Source: a virus (taxonomy: Duplodnaviria > Heunggongvirae > Uroviricota > Caudoviricetes). From it: 64,000 nucleotides of DNA. The position numbers and the translations under genes are program-made. Location: IMG/VR virus record IMGVR_UViG_3300028454_001165, positions 1 through 64,000 of that record; one strand, given 5' to 3'. The notes under the pieces are model-generated. The model was given only the letters and a program-made list of their open reading frames with translations, was not told the origin of the DNA and made no database searches. Positions within the stretch are counted from its first letter, which is position 1; the number at the start of each line of letters is the position of its first letter. Positions 28,688-36,959 of this stretch are shown here, piece after piece.

Positions 28688-28985
28688 GGAAGAGGGATTC
28701 ATTTATATTTTCACCGAAGACCCTCAGAAGATAGTTTTTGATAAACTCATTGCGTTGCTTTGCAGTGGAGAGCTCGATGAGATACTCAAAAATGTCGACG
28801 ATACTCAGAAATCCGGTTTTCTATTTGCAACGTCATATATGTCGGCTATGTTGGCCGGAAAGAGCCTCCCGATGAAGGAGTCCGATTTTAACCGATGTGT
28901 AAGTCATTGCAGTCAGCTACAGGCGGCAAATCAGGCTATCAATGCACTGAAAAGCAAGATACGAGATCTTGGAGGTGATATATAG
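28680..28985 (+). CDS. hypothetical protein (101 aa)
   Basis: Start overlaps upstream stop. Confidence 0.45.
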   Translation: MNEEEGFIYIFTEDPQKIVFDKLIALLCSGELDEILKNVDDTQKSGFLFATSYMSAMLAGKSLPMKESDFNRCVSHCSQLQAANQAINALKSKIRDLGGDI

Positions 28986-29275
28986 TGGATGAATTATACC
29001 ATGAACCAAAGTACAGGCCGGGAGATGTTGTAATCTTCAAGTGGCCTTTGTATCAGGAGACCGAAGGAGATCCGGCATTTGAGTACCGGTATTATATTTG
29101 CCTGTCTGCGAACTCGACGAATTACCGGCTCCTGAGGCTTAAAACGGGAAGCGGATACCCGAAGTACATCGAAAATATTCCTTCGGTCGCTGTTGACAGA
29201 TATGAGGGAAAAGTACTCTACCGAATAGACGCCGACAAGATCAGAGAACTTTGCTGCGAAGGACCGCAAATATGA
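28985..29275 (+). CDS. hypothetical protein (96 aa, GTG start)
   Basis: GGAGGTGATATA upstream of GTG. Confidence 0.45.
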   Translation: MDELYHEPKYRPGDVVIFKWPLYQETEGDPAFEYRYYICLSANSTNYRLLRLKTGSGYPKYIENIPSVAVDRYEGKVLYRIDADKIRELCCEGPQI

Positions 29276-29466
29276 AGATCCCAAAAGGGCAGAAACTCTG
29301 GGAGACGGTCTGCGATGAGAAAGGGCGGGTGAAATGGGCTATCACGTCTGATCCCGCCCGGACGGTCTACTATTTATATTCCGTGAACGGAGACGGTCTC
29401 ATCATGTGGACAAAGAAAACCGGGAGCCCGGCAGGATTTGAGAAGTACACAGGAGTGAGGATATGA
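29272..29466 (+). CDS. hypothetical protein (64 aa)
   Basis: ATGA coupling with upstream gene. Confidence 0.4.
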   Translation: MKIPKGQKLWETVCDEKGRVKWAITSDPARTVYYLYSVNGDGLIMWTKKTGSPAGFEKYTGVRI

Positions 29467-29717
29467 GATATGGAGATCATGTTTTAATAAATACGACTGC
29501 ATTGCAGTTTGCTCTTGTTACATGTTTAAGAAGAATGATGACTAAGGATTCGGATGTATGCTTTATGTGTCCTTATCGATATAAGGATCATTCGTTCGAT
29601 TCTCAATGCATGGAACACCTGCTGTCCGATGTCGTATTATATATAAAGGTGCATCCACCGGAAAGAAAAGTAATCGGAATTTATGATCCGAAGGAGAAGA
29701 AAGATGAACAATCATGA
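29463..29717 (+). CDS. hypothetical Cys-containing protein (84 aa), AT-rich
   Basis: ATGA coupling. Low GC. Confidence 0.4.
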   Translation: MRYGDHVLINTTALQFALVTCLRRMMTKDSDVCFMCPYRYKDHSFDSQCMEHLLSDVVLYIKVHPPERKVIGIYDPKEKKDEQS

Positions 29718-29851
29718 AACCGATGTTTATTGGGTGGGGCCTGTAACGGCAAAAGATTGCAGCTACGGACCGGATGTAGACAGCAGATTCGCGTGAAATA
29801 CATGGCCTACAATGGATTAAATCCAATCTTATACATAACGGGGTATTTAAG

Positions 29852-30037
29852 ATGAAAAATGTAATCGCTACGGTGACGGCTATTGGGGTGTTTGCGGCCT
29901 GTGAGTTCCTACTCGGATTTATAAGTGGCAAAGCCTACGGAAGGTCACAAGCCTACGGCGAAATTACAAAAGATCTGAATACAGTTCTCAAGAACATCGG
30001 AAAGGAAGAATCCAAAGAACCTGAGAAGGGGGCTTAA
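29852..30037 (+). CDS. small membrane protein (61 aa)
   Basis: TM helix IATVTAIGVFAACEFLLGFI. Followed by a hairpin with CTTAACAG loop plus T-run. Confidence 0.45.
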   Translation: MKNVIATVTAIGVFAACEFLLGFISGKAYGRSQAYGEITKDLNTVLKNIGKEESKEPEKGA

Positions 30038-30088
30038 CAGTCCCTCTTCTTTTTTTATGTATTTTATATTTGAAAAGGAGATTTGAAA

Positions 30089-30841
30089 ATGCCTAATCAC
30101 GTCAAAAATGTTATCACTGTTGAGAATGTAACGGAAAAGAGATTCAAGCAGATCAGCGAGTTTGTCGCATCGGAGAAACAGGCTTTCGATTTCAACAAGA
30201 TCGTGCCGATGCCGGAGGAATTGAATCTCGAAGAGGGAGGCGCGAACGATTTCTTCAAGGATTTATGGAAAAAATTTGGAGGCCTTATCGGATGCGATCC
30301 AGACCCGGACGCGGACTACAATGATATTCTCCATATGATGACAGCGTACGAACTCGACGCAGCGCGCAGGTATATCGAGGGACACGGCAGGAAAGACGGC
30401 GAGCCGATGAGCGATCTCAGCATCGTCAAGGAGGCCATGCGTCGCGGATACCAATATCTGCGAAACCGGGAGATGTACGGCGGATGTGAGACTTGGTACG
30501 GATGGTGCATAGAAAACTGGGGCACCAAATGGAATGCGTATTATATTTGCGAACCGGAGGACGAGGCTTTCGGCTGGGAGTTCAACACGGCTTGGAGCGC
30601 GCCGGAGCCTGTTTTGACGGTCCTCAGCGCTATTTTCAGGAATGCGCGGTTCATTCTGCGATATGCAGACGAGGATCTCGGACAGAATTGCGGAATCATC
30701 GTATTTGAGAACGGTGAGAAAGACGAGTTTCCGGCTTTGACGGAGGAAATCGCGTATCAGTTCGCCGTAAATCTGTGGAGATACAGCCCGGAAGATCTTG
30801 ACGATGAAGACGATGAAGACGATGAAGACGAGGAAGATTGA
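30089..30841 (+). CDS. conserved phage protein, paralog family B (PMPEEL...NWGTKWNA...FGWEF motifs) with poly-acidic tail (251 aa)
   Basis: GAAAAGGAGATTTG RBS. Shares more than 12 conserved blocks with the 31488 product. C-terminal DLDDEDDEDDEDEED. Confidence 0.6.
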   Translation: MPNHVKNVITVENVTEKRFKQISEFVASEKQAFDFNKIVPMPEELNLEEGGANDFFKDLWKKFGGLIGCDPDPDADYNDILHMMTAYELDAARRYIEGHGRKDGEPMSDLSIVKEAMRRGYQYLRNREMYGGCETWYGWCIENWGTKWNAYYICEPEDEAFGWEFNTAWSAPEPVLTVLSAIFRNARFILRYADEDLGQNCGIIVFENGEKDEFPALTEEIAYQFAVNLWRYSPEDLDDEDDEDDEDEED

Positions 30842-30916
30842 TATTTGAGGCTGCGCGAAAAATACATCTTTCTTAATGGATAACTATCCGAAAAATTTCC
30901 ATTGAGGAGATTCGAT

Positions 30917-31087
30917 ATGAGCAACTATTTCGATGCTTCTGCAATCTTTACGGCGGACGAAGATCCCTACCTGTGGCTTAAGGAAGACCCGGACGAGATC
31001 CGGGAAGACGACGGCGACTGGCGGGACGGCTTCGAGGCAATGCTGGACGAAGAAGAAACCGATTATGATTACGAATACGATGACTGA
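30917..31087 (+). CDS. highly acidic 56-aa protein (DNA-mimic candidate)
   Basis: GAGGAGATTCGAT RBS. About 40% Asp/Glu plus aromatic residues (DYDYEYDD). Promoter-like motif and 9-codon uORF upstream. Confidence 0.45.
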   Translation: MSNYFDASAIFTADEDPYLWLKEDPDEIREDDGDWRDGFEAMLDEEETDYDYEYDD

Positions 31088-31109
31088 GGAAGACGGACGG
31101 AGTATATGA

Positions 31110-31146
31110 GGGGACGGGAGCTTAACAGGCTCTCTTCCCCTTTTTT
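31110..31146 (+). terminator. terminator hairpin with TTAACAG loop
   Basis: GGGGA-c-GGGAGC-ttaacag-GCTCTC-t-TCCCC followed by TTTTTT. Confidence 0.55.
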
Positions 31147-31177
31147 GTTTATTTATATTTGTAAAAGGAGATTGGCC

Positions 31178-31486
31178 ATGGTTGTTTTGGTCTACAAAGT
31201 CAAGAATTTCATTGGAGACGAAATAAAATACGCTACGCATAAGCAATTTGCGAGCAATAGAGAAAGCGGCATGTACGTACCGCTCGAAATCGATATTCCG
31301 GAACGGTTTCATCCCGTTGCCGAATTGGGTACGACCCGTAAGGACGACAAAATCACTGTCGACTGTAACGGAGACCGATATCCGCTTGAAGAGGTTCTCG
31401 GAGCGGACGGATGGGGAAGACCGGCGCTTGTCTGGAAAGACGCGAAATATGGCTTCTTTTATCGCGTGAGCTTGGAGGAGGTTTGA
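31178..31486 (+). CDS. hypothetical protein (102 aa)
   Basis: AAAAGGAGATTGGCC RBS. Confidence 0.5.
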   Translation: MVVLVYKVKNFIGDEIKYATHKQFASNRESGMYVPLEIDIPERFHPVAELGTTRKDDKITVDCNGDRYPLEEVLGADGWGRPALVWKDAKYGFFYRVSLEEV

Positions 31487-31487
31487 G

Positions 31488-32228
31488 ATGCCTGCTTATA
31501 CGCGGAATCTTCTGACCGTGAGCGGAGTCAGTCCGAAGAGATTCGATCAGATGGCGCAGTTCGTCATGTCGCGGAAGACAGAGTTCGACTTCGATCTCAT
31601 TATTCCGATGCCGGAGGAGCTTGATATTTTCGACGCAAGCCGGAACGATGCGCTGGAAACCCTGTACAGACGGTACTGCACGCCGAGCTCCGAATGGTCG
31701 CGGGGGCTCGGCATCGATCGAAGGCTGTTCGAGGAGATCCGAATGAACGAAAAGACATGGCTTCTGTTCGGCTGCCCGAATCCGGGAGAACTGACTGCGG
31801 AAGACGCGCAGATCCTGTCGAGAAGTTTCAAGCTGTCTCACAGCGATGGCACGGAAGTCCCGGCTTTATATTTCGGGTGGCGGCTCACGGAGAACCGGAT
31901 CCTCTACGGCGCGCCGACTTGGTACCATTGGCGGATTTGCAACTGGGGCACACGATGGAACGCCATCAATCCGAAGGTACTGGAACACGGATTCGGCTGG
32001 GAATTCGATACCGTCCTCTCGCCCGCCGTACCGATCGCAAGAACACTGTCCGCCGTCTTTGTCGGCTGTGATATTTCGCTGAGCTACTCGGACGAAGATA
32101 TCGGCAGAGGGTGCGGGCAGGAGACGTACAACAGCGGACGCATGGCAAAGGAATTGATATTTGAAGACGGTTCCTGGAAAGCGCGAACGTTTGCGCTGAA
32201 GCTCTGGGACAAGGAAAGGATGAACTGA
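31488..32228 (+). CDS. conserved phage protein, paralog family B (246 aa)
   Basis: Same conserved blocks as the 30089 product: KRFDQ..QFV, FDFD.IIPMPEEL, NWGTRWNA, FGWEFDT.LSPA.P, YSDEDIGRGCG. Confidence 0.6.
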   Translation: MPAYTRNLLTVSGVSPKRFDQMAQFVMSRKTEFDFDLIIPMPEELDIFDASRNDALETLYRRYCTPSSEWSRGLGIDRRLFEEIRMNEKTWLLFGCPNPGELTAEDAQILSRSFKLSHSDGTEVPALYFGWRLTENRILYGAPTWYHWRICNWGTRWNAINPKVLEHGFGWEFDTVLSPAVPIARTLSAVFVGCDISLSYSDEDIGRGCGQETYNSGRMAKELIFEDGSWKARTFALKLWDKERMN

Positions 32229-32229
32229 A

Positions 32230-32961
32230 ATGAAAAAGACGGTAAAAATCATTCTGCTTGACGCCATTGATATTCTTGTCGGGCTCGCAGTATTTGCGGG
32301 GATGTTCTGGCTGTTCCTGATGATGGCAACGGGCCGCGCAGAAGCCGCAGAGCCCTCTATAACGTTCGAAGACGGACGGGAGGGTAATGTACCCATTATC
32401 GCGTCAGACGCGCTCTACGTCGATTCTCGGGGCGCTCAGGCATACGGATGGGAGCTGACCGAAGGAATACGGCTGATGATGCTCGAATGCGGGTCGAACA
32501 CGGTGCCGGAGGAAGACAAGCGGGAGCATTGCGCGGTTCTCTTCAAGCAGCTTCTTTACACGCAGACGGTCGGCGGGTACAACGGCTGGGGAACGACGCT
32601 CTGGGGTGTGATGCATGCCGGGAATACATACACGGAGACCGCTCCGAGGATCTGGAACGACGAGGCCGAACCCACGGACGAGATCGCGGCGATCTTCTGG
32701 GACGTGTGGCAGAATGGATATTCGAGCGACTTCCGGGTGCAGAACTACCGGACGGACTACTATTTTGCCGGGGACTGGGCGACGCCCGCGTATTCGATCG
32801 GGACGACGTTCTACTCGGTTAACGTCTGGCAGGATTTCTCCATGTTTGACGCAAGCGAGATCCGCCCAGAGATTGAGAAACCGGCTCGGATTGATATTTA
32901 TGAGACGGCGTCTGAAGACTGGTTCGAGCCGGAGAAAACGGTGATCGTTTATGAAAGGTGA
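32230..32961 (+). CDS. secreted or membrane-anchored protein (243 aa)
   Basis: N-terminal hydrophobic signal/anchor. Trp/Tyr/Gly-rich mature part. Function unknown. Confidence 0.5.
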   Translation: MKKTVKIILLDAIDILVGLAVFAGMFWLFLMMATGRAEAAEPSITFEDGREGNVPIIASDALYVDSRGAQAYGWELTEGIRLMMLECGSNTVPEEDKREHCAVLFKQLLYTQTVGGYNGWGTTLWGVMHAGNTYTETAPRIWNDEAEPTDEIAAIFWDVWQNGYSSDFRVQNYRTDYYFAGDWATPAYSIGTTFYSVNVWQDFSMFDASEIRPEIEKPARIDIYETASEDWFEPEKTVIVYER

Positions 32962-33112
32962 TCTGCTGCTCTATTTTTTCGGCGGGACAATCGGATTGCT
33001 CGTGAAGTATGTACCGGACGATATTCTGTCCGTGATATGCACGAGCTGTCTTGGTTCGATACTCCTAAACTGTCTTGAATCGGCGATAAAGAATCCGGGC
33101 AAGAATGAGTAA
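32951..33112 (+). CDS. putative 53-aa membrane peptide
   Basis: ATG overlaps upstream stop. Hydrophobic GGTIGLLVKYV...ILLNCL. Weak RBS. Confidence 0.25.
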   Translation: MKGDLLLYFFGGTIGLLVKYVPDDILSVICTSCLGSILLNCLESAIKNPGKNE

Positions 33113-33192
33113 AGTAGGGAGTGGACGCCCACGCGAAGTTTACATGTCTCATTATGGAATAAAACCAAATCAAATACAAGGAGATATGAGAC

Positions 33193-33402
33193 ATGAAGAA
33201 ACTGATTTCCGATATTTTGACGGCGGCGGTCATTCTGCTGGCGATCGGCGGTACCCTTGCCGTCTATGGACTGTTTACCATAGGCGTCGCGGGCGTTACG
33301 CTGTACGCTGTCGGAGTGGGGCTGATCATCGTGATCGGAGCGATTTCCGGTGTGGCGCATGAACTTGAGGAGATTGGCAAAAACGAGGAGGAGGGACTCT
33401 GA
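33193..33402 (+). CDS. double-TM small membrane protein (69 aa)
   Basis: CAAGGAGATATGAGAC RBS. Two hydrophobic helices. Confidence 0.5.
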   Translation: MKKLISDILTAAVILLAIGGTLAVYGLFTIGVAGVTLYAVGVGLIIVIGAISGVAHELEEIGKNEEEGL

Positions 33403-33447
33403 CAACAGGGTCTCTTTCTCTTTTTATATTTGAAAAGGAGATTTGAA

Positions 33448-34098
33448 ATGTTCTGCAAGAAATCTGGGTATATCTCAGAATGGCCCGAAAACCTGATCGA
33501 GGAAATCCTTGAAAAGACCGTAGAGGAGCCTCTGACCGGCTGGCAGATCGACGGGCTGGAATGGATCCTCGGAAATCTGAACAAGAGAACGGGCGACATG
33601 ATCCGATACAAATTCAAGGACGGACTCACGCTGGAGGAGATCTCCGGCATCTTCGGCGTCGGGAAGGAAAGAGTCCGGCAGATCATCGCAAGAGGGATCC
33701 GGCTGATGCGGCATCCGTCGCGGACTGTTTATCTTTTGAAGGACTACAAGACCGTGACCGCCGACTACGAAGCGGAGCTTGCCCGGCTGACGCAGGAGAT
33801 CGGCGAACGTGAGGTGGAACTCGACCGGCTTGTGAAAAAGATCGCGGAGCTGAGCGAGAAGGCGGAAACGCTTGAGCCTGCGGCTTCGAGAGCGCAAAAC
33901 GCGGCTTTGCGTCTTCCAATCATCGATATGGATCTGAGCGCGCGGGCATACAACTCCCTTATTCGATGCGGAATGGATACGATCGAAGATGTTGTAAAGC
34001 GGTGGGGTGAAGATGAGCTGCACGGAATACGGAACTGCGGGGCGGTATCACGCGAAGAAATCCGGAGAAAGCTCATATCGTTTGGCGTACTGAATTGA
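33448..34098 (+). CDS. sigma-70 region-4-like HTH fused to an RNA polymerase alpha-subunit C-terminal-domain-like module (217 aa)
   Basis: LTLEEISGIFGVGKERVRQIIARGIRLMRH matches the sigma70 region 4.2 consensus. After a coiled-coil linker, IIDMDLSARAYNSLIRCGMDTIEDVVKRWGEDELHGIRNCGAVSREEIRRKL aligns to E. coli RpoA alpha-CTD ([48 protein letters not shown]). Confidence 0.6.
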   Translation: MFCKKSGYISEWPENLIEEILEKTVEEPLTGWQIDGLEWILGNLNKRTGDMIRYKFKDGLTLEEISGIFGVGKERVRQIIARGIRLMRHPSRTVYLLKDYKTVTADYEAELARLTQEIGEREVELDRLVKKIAELSEKAETLEPAASRAQNAALRLPIIDMDLSARAYNSLIRCGMDTIEDVVKRWGEDELHGIRNCGAVSREEIRRKLISFGVLN

Positions 34099-34131
34099 CA
34101 TTTGCAAGTAATCGTGGGGGGGGGTATCACG

Positions 34132-34386
34132 ATGAAAGTCATACTTGCCGGGGCGGCCGTTCTGCTGGCGTACCTGATCGGGATCATTGTCGGGCGGAAA
34201 AGCATTGCCGACGAATCGGAAGAATACGAACGGAGGATCCATGATCTGAAGGAAGAGATGCGGACATTGGACTGCGGTTATGCCGGGAGGGTCAAGGATC
34301 TGATCATGGAGCGGGAATTCCTTCGCGGGCAGATCGCGGAAATGAAACAGGTTCAGGATACGATTAGCGGCAAAAGAACGGATTGA
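34132..34386 (+). CDS. TM + coiled-coil small protein (84 aa); G9 tract serves as its RBS
   Basis: GGGGGGGGG at 34116-34124, 7 nt upstream of ATG. TM helix ILAGAAVLLAYLIGIIV. Confidence 0.5.
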   Translation: MKVILAGAAVLLAYLIGIIVGRKSIADESEEYERRIHDLKEEMRTLDCGYAGRVKDLIMEREFLRGQIAEMKQVQDTISGKRTD

Positions 34387-34410
34387 TATTTTTACAAAAG
34401 GAGAAAAGGC

Positions 34411-34740
34411 ATGAGAGTCTGGATACACAGGATCCGAGAGGATGAAACATACAAATTCATCCCGGACGCAGAGTTTACGAGAAGATACAGGGACGGCATT
34501 TACAGTAGGGAAGACCGGCTGAAACTTGAATGGACGCCGATCAAAGTCGAGATCCCGGAAAGCCTGAGCCCATCGGTCAATGCGGATGGAATCATGACGA
34601 TTGCTTGTCCCGAATCCGACGAACTGCGGGTAAATCTTGCGGAGGTTCTCACGGCGGACGGGGAAGGAAAACCCGTTCTTCTGTTCCTGCAGTCGGAGGA
34701 CAGGGCGATGGAATTTGCGCTGGAAGAAATCTTTTATTGA
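34411..34740 (+). CDS. hypothetical protein (109 aa)
   Basis: AAAAGGAGAAAAGGC RBS. Stop inside TTGATATTT. Confidence 0.5.
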   Translation: MRVWIHRIREDETYKFIPDAEFTRRYRDGIYSREDRLKLEWTPIKVEIPESLSPSVNADGIMTIACPESDELRVNLAEVLTADGEGKPVLLFLQSEDRAMEFALEEIFY

Positions 34741-34761
34741 TATTTGAAAGGGGTTTTGAAA

Positions 34762-35379
34762 ATGGGAAAGTTTCTTGCCGGGTGTGCGGTCGGGTTCGCC
34801 GGGGCTTCGGTTCTTGCGGCTGCGGCGGCGAAAAAGATATTTGAAGACGAGACTTTCGGCTATGCTCTTCGGTCGAGCATTGTCATGAAGGCGACCGGAT
34901 TCATCCGCGATCTTGTTTACGGGCGAGAGAGACTGAGAAAACGGCAATACTGTGAATACGTCGACTATTCGCGGGACGGGCGCGGGCACGGCTCATCCTG
35001 GCCGGGCGTGGAAACCGTCAAGGAGAAAGAAACCGATAAGGAAAAGCCGCATTCGGTGTTTCAGAAGTTTGATATTCTCGGACTGGAGGCGCTGTATTCC
35101 GAGGAGCGGGGAGAGCTCGAGGCTGAAGCGCAGGGGCTTGGATATACCGAAGGCGAGGACTTTTATATTTACTGGCTGCGCGGAGGAAAGGGCGACGATC
35201 CGGGCGAGATCGCTTCGGTCGAGCAGGCCTTTGTCGCGGTGAACTATGTTGCGACGGTCATGACGAAGGAGCCGATCTCATTCCCGGAAGGACGGAACTG
35301 GATGGATCTCTCGGAGAACGACTGGGGATTCCTGTCCGACGAGGGTGACATCACGGTATTTGAGTTTTTGGGGGATTGA
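34762..35379 (+). CDS. hypothetical protein with N-terminal hydrophobic segment (205 aa)
   Basis: GAAAGGGG RBS after a TTGATATTT junction. Stop inside the next TTGATATTT. Confidence 0.5.
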   Translation: MGKFLAGCAVGFAGASVLAAAAAKKIFEDETFGYALRSSIVMKATGFIRDLVYGRERLRKRQYCEYVDYSRDGRGHGSSWPGVETVKEKETDKEKPHSVFQKFDILGLEALYSEERGELEAEAQGLGYTEGEDFYIYWLRGGKGDDPGEIASVEQAFVAVNYVATVMTKEPISFPEGRNWMDLSENDWGFLSDEGDITVFEFLGD

Positions 35380-35436
35380 TATTTTCGCCGCGGTGTGGTA
35401 TAATGGATCTGCGATCCGAAAGAAAGGAGAAACGGT

Positions 35437-35703
35437 ATGCCTGAGTTGAGCAGGTTCGGCGGCATGGTGATCTATATGCTGTTCTATGACGTAAAGAAGC
35501 ACCATAAGCCGCATGTGCACGTGTATTACGGAGACTATGAGGCAACGGTCGCGATCGACGGGGAGCTTCTTGCCGGGGCTCTGCCGAGAAAGCAGCTGAA
35601 GATCGTCACGGGCTGGCTGGCGTTTTACGAAGAAGAGGCCTACAAGGCTTGGAATCTGGCGGTGCGGGGTGAGCACTTCGAGCAGATCCCGCCGATGAAC
35701 TGA
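35437..35703 (+). CDS. DUF4160-family protein (88 aa)
   Basis: HHKPHVHVYYGDYEA matches the H-x-PHFHV signature I recall for DUF4160. Partner DUF2442-like gene immediately downstream. Confidence 0.5.
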   Translation: MPELSRFGGMVIYMLFYDVKKHHKPHVHVYYGDYEATVAIDGELLAGALPRKQLKIVTGWLAFYEEEAYKAWNLAVRGEHFEQIPPMN

Positions 35704-35712
35704 GGTGAAAGC

Positions 35713-36009
35713 ATGTATATCGTGAATGATATTTGTTATGCCGGAGAGCTTGTCGAGGACATCCGGGTGACGGAGGTCAAACCTCTGCGGGGACGGATGA
35801 TGCTCGTGACGTTCTCCACGGGGGAGAAGCGTTTGTTCGACACGACGCTTCTGAAGGGCTCTGCGTTCGAGCCGCTGAAGGATGAAAAGATCTTCATGGC
35901 TCCGGTCCTGTTCCACGGGGTCATCACATGGAACAACGGGGAAATCGACATCGCGCCGGAGACGGTTTATGTCGAGAGCTACCCATATGAGGAGGCCGCC
36001 GTCGTTTGA
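35713..36009 (+). CDS. DUF2442-family protein (98 aa)
   Basis: Typical DUF2442 size and pattern (IRVTEVKPL....LVTFSTGEKRLFD). Canonical two-gene pairing with DUF4160. Confidence 0.5.
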   Translation: MYIVNDICYAGELVEDIRVTEVKPLRGRMMLVTFSTGEKRLFDTTLLKGSAFEPLKDEKIFMAPVLFHGVITWNNGEIDIAPETVYVESYPYEEAAVV

Positions 36010-36225
36010 TATTAACGGCAAAGGGTGACGGGAAAAGAGAAACGGGGTCGTGCGATTTGCATGGCCTCTTTCTTTTTGCCGCGCAGATTGATATTTATAG
36101 ACTTGTTTAGGAGATCGGGGGGGGGACTTGAGGTTGATTTGGCGAACTTTTGCGGGCGGTTTTCTATCTTAAGATAGTTCTCGAGGGATGCGAGATTGAT
36201 ATTTTGTACTTTTTAGGAGACGATT

Positions 36226-36480
36226 TTACTGGCCAATTTTATAGTTGTAAAAGTGGGCTTTGCCCACCCAAAATGCAGAAAATAATTAGTTTAACAAACT
36301 AACTGTCCGGAAAAAGTGGGCAACTGGCCACTTTTTTTTCAAAGTTGGCCAGCTGAAAACCGTTGTCTTTATTGGGTTTGAGGCTTCTCTGGCCAATTGG
36401 CCAACTTTTTTTTAATATTTCCGCGAAACGAAAAAATTCGTTTTTATATAATATAGAGAAAAAACTGGGCAAGTTGGCCA
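36226..36480 (+). repeat. iteron cluster: six TGGCCA copies (one as the 14-bp palindrome TGGCCAATTGGCCA) plus GTGGGCtttGCCCAC and AAGTGG...CCACTT palindromes and an AT-rich core
   Basis: TGGCCA at 36230, 36325, 36346, 36390, 36398, 36475. AT-rich 36404-36460 containing AACGAAaaaaTTCGTT. No ORF with RBS. Confidence 0.6.
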
Positions 36481-36594
36481 GCGTGGATTTTGAGGCTGTT
36501 TTCACAAGAAAAAGCGCGGCGGAGAGTCCGGTCGCGTTGATTGATATTTTCGGAGATTGAGGGGGGGGGGATGAACGCTTTCGTCGGACTGCGA

Positions 36595-36619
36595 CGCGAA
36601 AAAAACATGGGTCTTAATG
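36595..36619 (+). promoter_or_regulatory. CGCG-N16-TAATGG motif (copy identical to 37224-37248)
   Basis: gcgaCGCGaaaaaaacatgggtctTAATGGagaacatccaaaattactga, 46 nt identical to the downstream cassette. Confidence 0.45.
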
Positions 36620-36663
36620 GAGAACATCCAAAATTACTGATTTTTCAAAAGGAGTTTAGAACT

Positions 36664-36912
36664 ATGGCAAAGATCAATGCGAAGGAAATCGGAATGGCGT
36701 GCCTGACCGGTGCGAAGAAGATCTGGAAGCCTTTAACGGGCGTTATGATCGCTGCGGGAGCGGTGATCGGAACGTACCTGCTGGGGAAAAAAGAACTCGA
36801 CGCGGAGGAGGCGGCGGAAAACGAGAACCTGCTCGCGGACGGAGCTGAAGAAGAAACGACTGACGAAGAAAGCAACGAGGAAGAATCCGAAGAGGAGGAC
36901 GACGCTGAATAA
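36664..36912 (+). CDS. small TM protein with poly-acidic tail (82 aa)
   Basis: AAAAGGAGTTTAGAACT RBS. TM GVMIAAGAVIGTYLL. Tail ...EEESEEEDDAE. The last codons and terminator are duplicated at 37435-37475. Confidence 0.5.
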   Translation: MAKINAKEIGMACLTGAKKIWKPLTGVMIAAGAVIGTYLLGKKELDAEEAAENENLLADGAEEETTDEESNEEESEEEDDAE

Positions 36913-36937
36913 GCGTCCCCTCTTTCTTTTTTTTTTT
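36895..36937 (+). terminator. terminator hairpin GACGC-tgaataa-GCGTC + T-run (duplicated at 37443-37479)
   Basis: Stop codon TAA sits in the loop. T10 run follows. Confidence 0.5.
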
Positions 36938-36959
36938 GTGTGAGGATTGATATTTTTTG

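Noticed and set aside
36604-36663. Using the ATG inside the promoter-like motif (ATGGGTCTTAATGG) as the start of the 36664 gene, giving an N-terminally extended protein
   Set aside because: A strong RBS plus ATG at 36664 is available downstream. In other motif copies the same ATG is out of frame or followed by an immediate stop. The equivalent 37236 start is retained only because no better start was found.
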